NCBI GenBank assembly: GCA_022843745.1
Contig: JALHNB010000002.1
Coordinates: 224,044 to 288,043, forward strand
From: Anaerolineae bacterium
GTDB lineage: Bacteria > Chloroflexota > Anaerolineae > Aggregatilineales > Phototrophicaceae
DNA: 64,000 nt
Direction of reading: 5' to 3'
The first letter of the stretch is position 1, and each line of letters starts with the position of its first letter. Made by a program: the position numbers and the translations under genes. Shown piece by piece: positions 60,171-64,000 of this stretch. The notes below the pieces were generated by a model that did not search any database, was not told the DNA's origin, and saw only the letters and a list, made by a program, of their open reading frames with translations.

Positions 60171-62747
60171 ATGGCTACTCAGGAAATCAACCTACCCGTC
60201 ACAGGGATGACTTGCGCAAGCTGCGTGCGCAGTGTCGAGCGTGTTTTGACAAAAACCGAAGGTGTGAGCGAAGCAAGCGTTAATCTGGCAACTGAACGCG
60301 CACATGTCAGCTATGATCCGGCACAGGTTGACGCACAAAAACTGATCGAGCGTATTTCCGGCGCGGGTTACGGTGTTGCCCAAGCCAGTATGGAACTGCC
60401 GATCACCGGAATGACATGCGCAAGCTGTGTCCGCACGGTTGAGCGCGCACTGGATAAGCAGCCAGGTATCCTCTCGGTCAACGTCAACCTTGCGACGGAA
60501 AAAGCAACGGTTGTCTACATCCCCGGCGCGGTTCGTCGCTCCGATCTGGTGAAAGCTGTCGAAAAAGCGGGCTATGGCGTATTGGATTTATCGAATGCGG
60601 ATGTGCCGGAAGATGCTGAACGCGCCGCCCGTGAAGCCGAAATCGACCATCAAAAACGGCTGGTTTTGATCGGCCTGATATTTACCATACCGCTATTTAT
60701 CCTGAGTATGGCACGTGATCTGGTGATGGCGAGTATGCCTCAAGCAACGATGTCAGGCATGAATATGCCCAGCGGTGTAAATCCCGCGCTCGAATGGCTG
60801 CTGTGGTCAGGATGGCCGTTTATATTCGCATTGCTGGCGACACCTGTTCAATTTATTGTGGGCAGGCAGTATCTCGTCGGTGCATATAAGGCTGCCCGTA
60901 ATCGCACCGCCAACATGGACACTCTGATCGCGATTGGCTCGTCTACCGCATATTTCTACAGCATTGCCGTATTGATCGGTACGCTGGTAGGATACGTGCC
61001 GCTTCAGGGACATGTCTATTTTGAAACGGCGGCAGTGATTCTGGTGCTGATTACGCTCGGTAAGCTGCTGGAAGCACGTGCCAAAGGCCGCACCAGCGAA
61101 GCGATCAAAAAACTGATGGGACTCGCACCAAGTACAGCGACTCTACTGCGGGATGGCGAAGAAATTGAAGTACGCATTGATGATGTTGTATCGGGAGATC
61201 ATTTGATTGTTCGTCCCGGCGAACGAATCCCCGTCGATGGGCTGGTGATTGAAGGCCGTTCATCCATAGACGAGTCGATGCTCACAGGCGAGAGTTTGCC
61301 CGTGAACAAAAATACTGGCAGCGAAGTGATCGGCGCAACCGTCAATAAGCAAGGTCGTTTGGTAATCGAGGCGACTCGGGTCGGCGCACAGACTGCCCTG
61401 GCGCAGATTATTCGGCTGGTTGAGCAGACTCAAGGCTCGAAAGCGCCTATTCAGCGGGTAGCCGATCAGGTTTCGAGCGTTTTTGTCCCGGTTGTGCTGG
61501 TTCTGGCGGCGCTGACGTTTTTCGGTTGGTTGGTGATTGGACAGGTGAGCTTCACCGAAGCGATGGTTCATGCTGTGGCTGTGCTGGTAATTGCCTGCCC
61601 ATGCGCACTCGGACTCGCGACTCCGACAGCGATTATGGTCGGCACAGGTCGGGGCGCGGAGATGGGAATCCTGTTCAAGAGCAGCGCATCACTGGAAAAC
61701 ACACATCGTTTGCAAGTCATCGCACTGGATAAAACCGGCACGATCACACGCGGTGAACCCAGTGTCACGGATATGATCCCGCTGAACGATTTTAATGCGG
61801 ATGACCTGCTCAGATTAGCCGCAAGCGCTGAACGTGGGAGTGAACATCCTCTCGGACAAGCCATCGTCAAAGCGGCACAAGCAGCAGGACACACGCTCAG
61901 TCAGCCTGAAAATTTTGAGGCGCAATCGGGTTTGGGAATACGGGCTATGATCAATGGCAAAACGATTCTTGTCGGCAATCCTCGATTTATCACCGATCAA
62001 AATCTTGAAATCGGCGAAAAGTTAGCGAGTGAAATTGAAGACCTACAAAGCAAAGCCCGCACGGCAACACTCGTTGTCGTCGATGGGCTGATCGCAGGTG
62101 TGATCGGCATCGCGGATACGATCAAAGATGGCTCGCGCGAGGCAGTTGAGTCGCTCAAATCGCTTGGCCTGGATGTGGTGATGATTACGGGCGATAACGA
62201 ACTCACGGCACGGGCAATTGCTGCCGAAGTGGGAATCACGCATATTTTGGCGGACGTGATGCCTGCTCAAAAATCGGACGCGGTGAAGAAACTGCAAGAA
62301 GGTGGCAAACTGGTCGCGATGGTCGGCGATGGTATCAATGATGCACCTGCACTCGCACAGGCCGATGTTGGCATTGCGATTGGTACGGGTACAGATATTG
62401 CGATAGAGGCCTCAGATGTGACGCTCATGAGTGGCGATTTGCGTGGCGTGGCGCGGGCGATCAGCCTGAGCAAAGCGACCATGCGAACGATCCATCAGAA
62501 TTTGTTCTGGGCGTTTATCTACAACATCATCCTCATTCCGGTGGCGATGCTGGGCGCACTCATTCCAATGTTAGCGGCAGGTGCGATGGCCTTTTCTTCG
62601 ATTTTTGTGGTTCTAAACTCCCTCCGGCTGGGAAAGCCATCGTCCCTGCAACTGAATGCTCACGAGACAGATACGCTTCGTATGTCTCACCGTCTTCAAG
62701 ATGACCAGACTCCGGGATTACATACCCCGGACCGCGTAACAAAATAA
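60171..62747 (+). CDS. copA: Copper-translocating P1B-type ATPase with two N-terminal HMA domains
   Basis: Two GMTCASCV metal-binding domains; CPC ([11 protein letters not shown]), DKTGT, and GDGINDAP motifs. The C-terminal 35-40 aa after NSLRLGK look like read-through. Confidence 0.9.
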   Translation: MATQEINLPVTGMTCASCVRSVERVLTKTEGVSEASVNLATERAHVSYDPAQVDAQKLIERISGAGYGVAQASMELPITGMTCASCVRTVERALDKQPGILSVNVNLATEKATVVYIPGAVRRSDLVKAVEKAGYGVLDLSNADVPEDAERAAREAEIDHQKRLVLIGLIFTIPLFILSMARDLVMASMPQATMSGMNMPSGVNPALEWLLWSGWPFIFALLATPVQFIVGRQYLVGAYKAARNRTANMDTLIAIGSSTAYFYSIAVLIGTLVGYVPLQGHVYFETAAVILVLITLGKLLEARAKGRTSEAIKKLMGLAPSTATLLRDGEEIEVRIDDVVSGDHLIVRPGERIPVDGLVIEGRSSIDESMLTGESLPVNKNTGSEVIGATVNKQGRLVIEATRVGAQTALAQIIRLVEQTQGSKAPIQRVADQVSSVFVPVVLVLAALTFFGWLVIGQVSFTEAMVHAVAVLVIACPCALGLATPTAIMVGTGRGAEMGILFKSSASLENTHRLQVIALDKTGTITRGEPSVTDMIPLNDFNADDLLRLAASAERGSEHPLGQAIVKAAQAAGHTLSQPENFEAQSGLGIRAMINGKTILVGNPRFITDQNLEIGEKLASEIEDLQSKARTATLVVVDGLIAGVIGIADTIKDGSREAVESLKSLGLDVVMITGDNELTARAIAAEVGITHILADVMPAQKSDAVKKLQEGGKLVAMVGDGINDAPALAQADVGIAIGTGTDIAIEASDVTLMSGDLRGVARAISLSKATMRTIHQNLFWAFIYNIILIPVAMLGALIPMLAAGAMAFSSIFVVLNSLRLGKPSSLQLNAHETDTLRMSHRLQDDQTPGLHTPDRVTK

Positions 62748-64000
62748 TCCGGCGGCGAATTGCCTGCCAGCTTCGGTAGGGCAATGCAGCAGCAATCTCA
62801 AGCTGTGTTGCCCCTGATGTCAACATCTCCTCCAGTTTGTTCATCTCTGATTCCTGCCAGCGGGCGCTTCCTGTATGCCGATGGCTTTGTTCCTTCCTTT
62901 CCAGCCGTTCGAGATAGGCTGCATAAGTTTCTTCATCACGGATCACTTTCGGTGCAATGTGAAAGGATCGCGTGCCAGTAATCTCGTAAATCTTGATACG
63001 GATTGCCCGCCAGTTCCGTTCAGGGAGTCCTTGAGCCATCTCAACCTGCGTTGCCTGCCGTTCCAGCAGTTCGGTTAGCCGTTCAACTTCTTCGGGTATC
63101 CACAGCGTCCATTTGTCAGCGCGATAAGGCAGCACAAACTTGTTGGTGCTTTCATCACGCCATTGGATTTCAACATCGGCAACGCGATGTTTCCCCGTTG
63201 GTGTAACCACAATTCGCACAATAAAAGCATGAGCAACAGTGCGCTGATCTTTCAGATTCATTTGATGCCAGTTTGCCAGAACCTTTTCGGCTTGGCGAGC
63301 CAATTGTATCAACGCTTCGCGGCGCTGTGCTCGTCGTTCCAGCGCAGCGAGTTTGTTCTGCAAACGAATTTCTTCTTGCTCATATTGCCGATAATCCTGT
63401 TCAAGCGCCTGGAGTAAAGACGGCGTATGAGCATAAATGAAGTTTGTGACGATAGCCTGCATTTTTTGGATGACAGTTGCTTTCTGCGTTGTGAGTGAGC
63501 GGCGTTCTGTATCGAAATCTTCTCCAGTGTTAGCCAACACATTGTCCCATACTTTCGGGTCAAATGTTTCGCGCAGTTTATTGTGCATCATCTCAGTGAT
63601 GACCTGATCGAAGTAATCACAGCGGCGAGACCACAGCGTATGTTGATTGGTGGCTAGATCATTTCGTTTAGTAGAGTAGGCATAGGCTTTCATACCCGGA
63701 CTCCAACAGGCAGTTGCCTGTCGCCACTCGCCTTCGTGGTAAGTGCCGATCAAGCCTTTATAAATAGGTTTTGCTTCATCTCGATCTTCTTTTGACCGTT
63801 CTCGGTAAAAGGGTGGTGCGTGATCGAGATTTGGGTCACCTGTGAGCGTATATGGCGACAGATAATTAAACGCACGATAGAACAATTCCTCCGATACGAT
63901 AGCTGGATGATTGTTCCACTGGACGACTCGGTCTTTGTGCATCCAATGCCCAATATAAACAGCATTGGTCATCATATTGACCATCGCCATTCTGCTTGGG
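62560..64000 (-). mobile_element. Large serine recombinase (integrase), C-terminal part; the N-terminal catalytic domain lies beyond the window end
   Basis: The frame is open to the window edge. Recombinase-domain end motif (NAVYIGHWMHKDRVVQWNNHPAIVSEELF), a long coiled-coil (LQALEQDYRQYEQEEIRLQNKLAALERRAQRREALIQLARQ), and an internal tandem duplication of a 45-aa module containing W-x-AIR ... ETY-AYL. Confidence 0.7.

Noticed and set aside
62560-62747. Considered that the copA/recombinase overlap is a frameshift or sequencing error
   Set aside because: Both reading frames retain family-specific motifs right up to the overlap, and the overlap is clean in both. A true junction seems more likely, though it cannot be excluded without reads.

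Overview
This is a 64 kb chromosomal segment of about 56% GC, densely coded on both strands. I saw no rRNA, tRNA or CRISPR. The gene content (DUF4058 and Uma2 nuclease-like paralogs, GT39-like membrane glycosyltransferases, an infC-rpmI-rplT cluster, ECF sigma/anti-sigma modules) suggests a Chloroflexota-type (Anaerolineae-like) bacterium; that placement is inference only.

Housekeeping and core metabolism in the window:
- serA, hisS, the infC-rpmI-rplT operon, a TrmH-family methyltransferase, and lpdA.
- A 2-oxoacid dehydrogenase E1alpha-E1beta-E2 cluster.
- A long minus-strand array for propionyl-CoA/methylmalonyl-CoA metabolism: acyl-CoA dehydrogenase, a quinone oxidoreductase-like MDR, two paralogous methylmalonyl-CoA mutase catalytic subunits that lack a B12-binding domain, carboxyltransferase, biotin carboxylase and BCCP, with methylmalonyl-CoA epimerase encoded just upstream on the opposite strand.
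- A membrane HdrE/HdrD-like Fe-S oxidoreductase.
- A csoR-regulated copper efflux operon (csoR, a His-rich Cu-binding protein, copA) preceded by two palindromic CsoR-type operators.

Accessory and unusual content:
- Two TIR-domain proteins are embedded inside the methylmalonyl-CoA operon. One is translationally packed with a CYTH triphosphatase-like protein and an unknown 163-aa protein; the other sits next to a DUF4058 nuclease-like gene and a 9-aa tandem-repeat miniprotein.
- An MNT/HepT toxin-antitoxin pair has a duplicated leader.
- A candidate novel TA-like pair consists of an antitoxin-like 74-aa protein whose stop overlaps the start of an unknown 211-aa protein.
- An ECF sigma factor is paired with an anti-sigma factor that carries an extracellular glycoside-hydrolase-like domain, and tandem paralogs of a secreted Cys-rich protein family lie immediately upstream (a third copy is 35 kb away).
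- There are three paralogous GT39-like membrane glycosyltransferases.
- A large serine recombinase, partial at the window edge, has a 3' end that convergently overlaps the 3' end of copA. That is consistent with a mobile-element boundary at about 62.6 kb.
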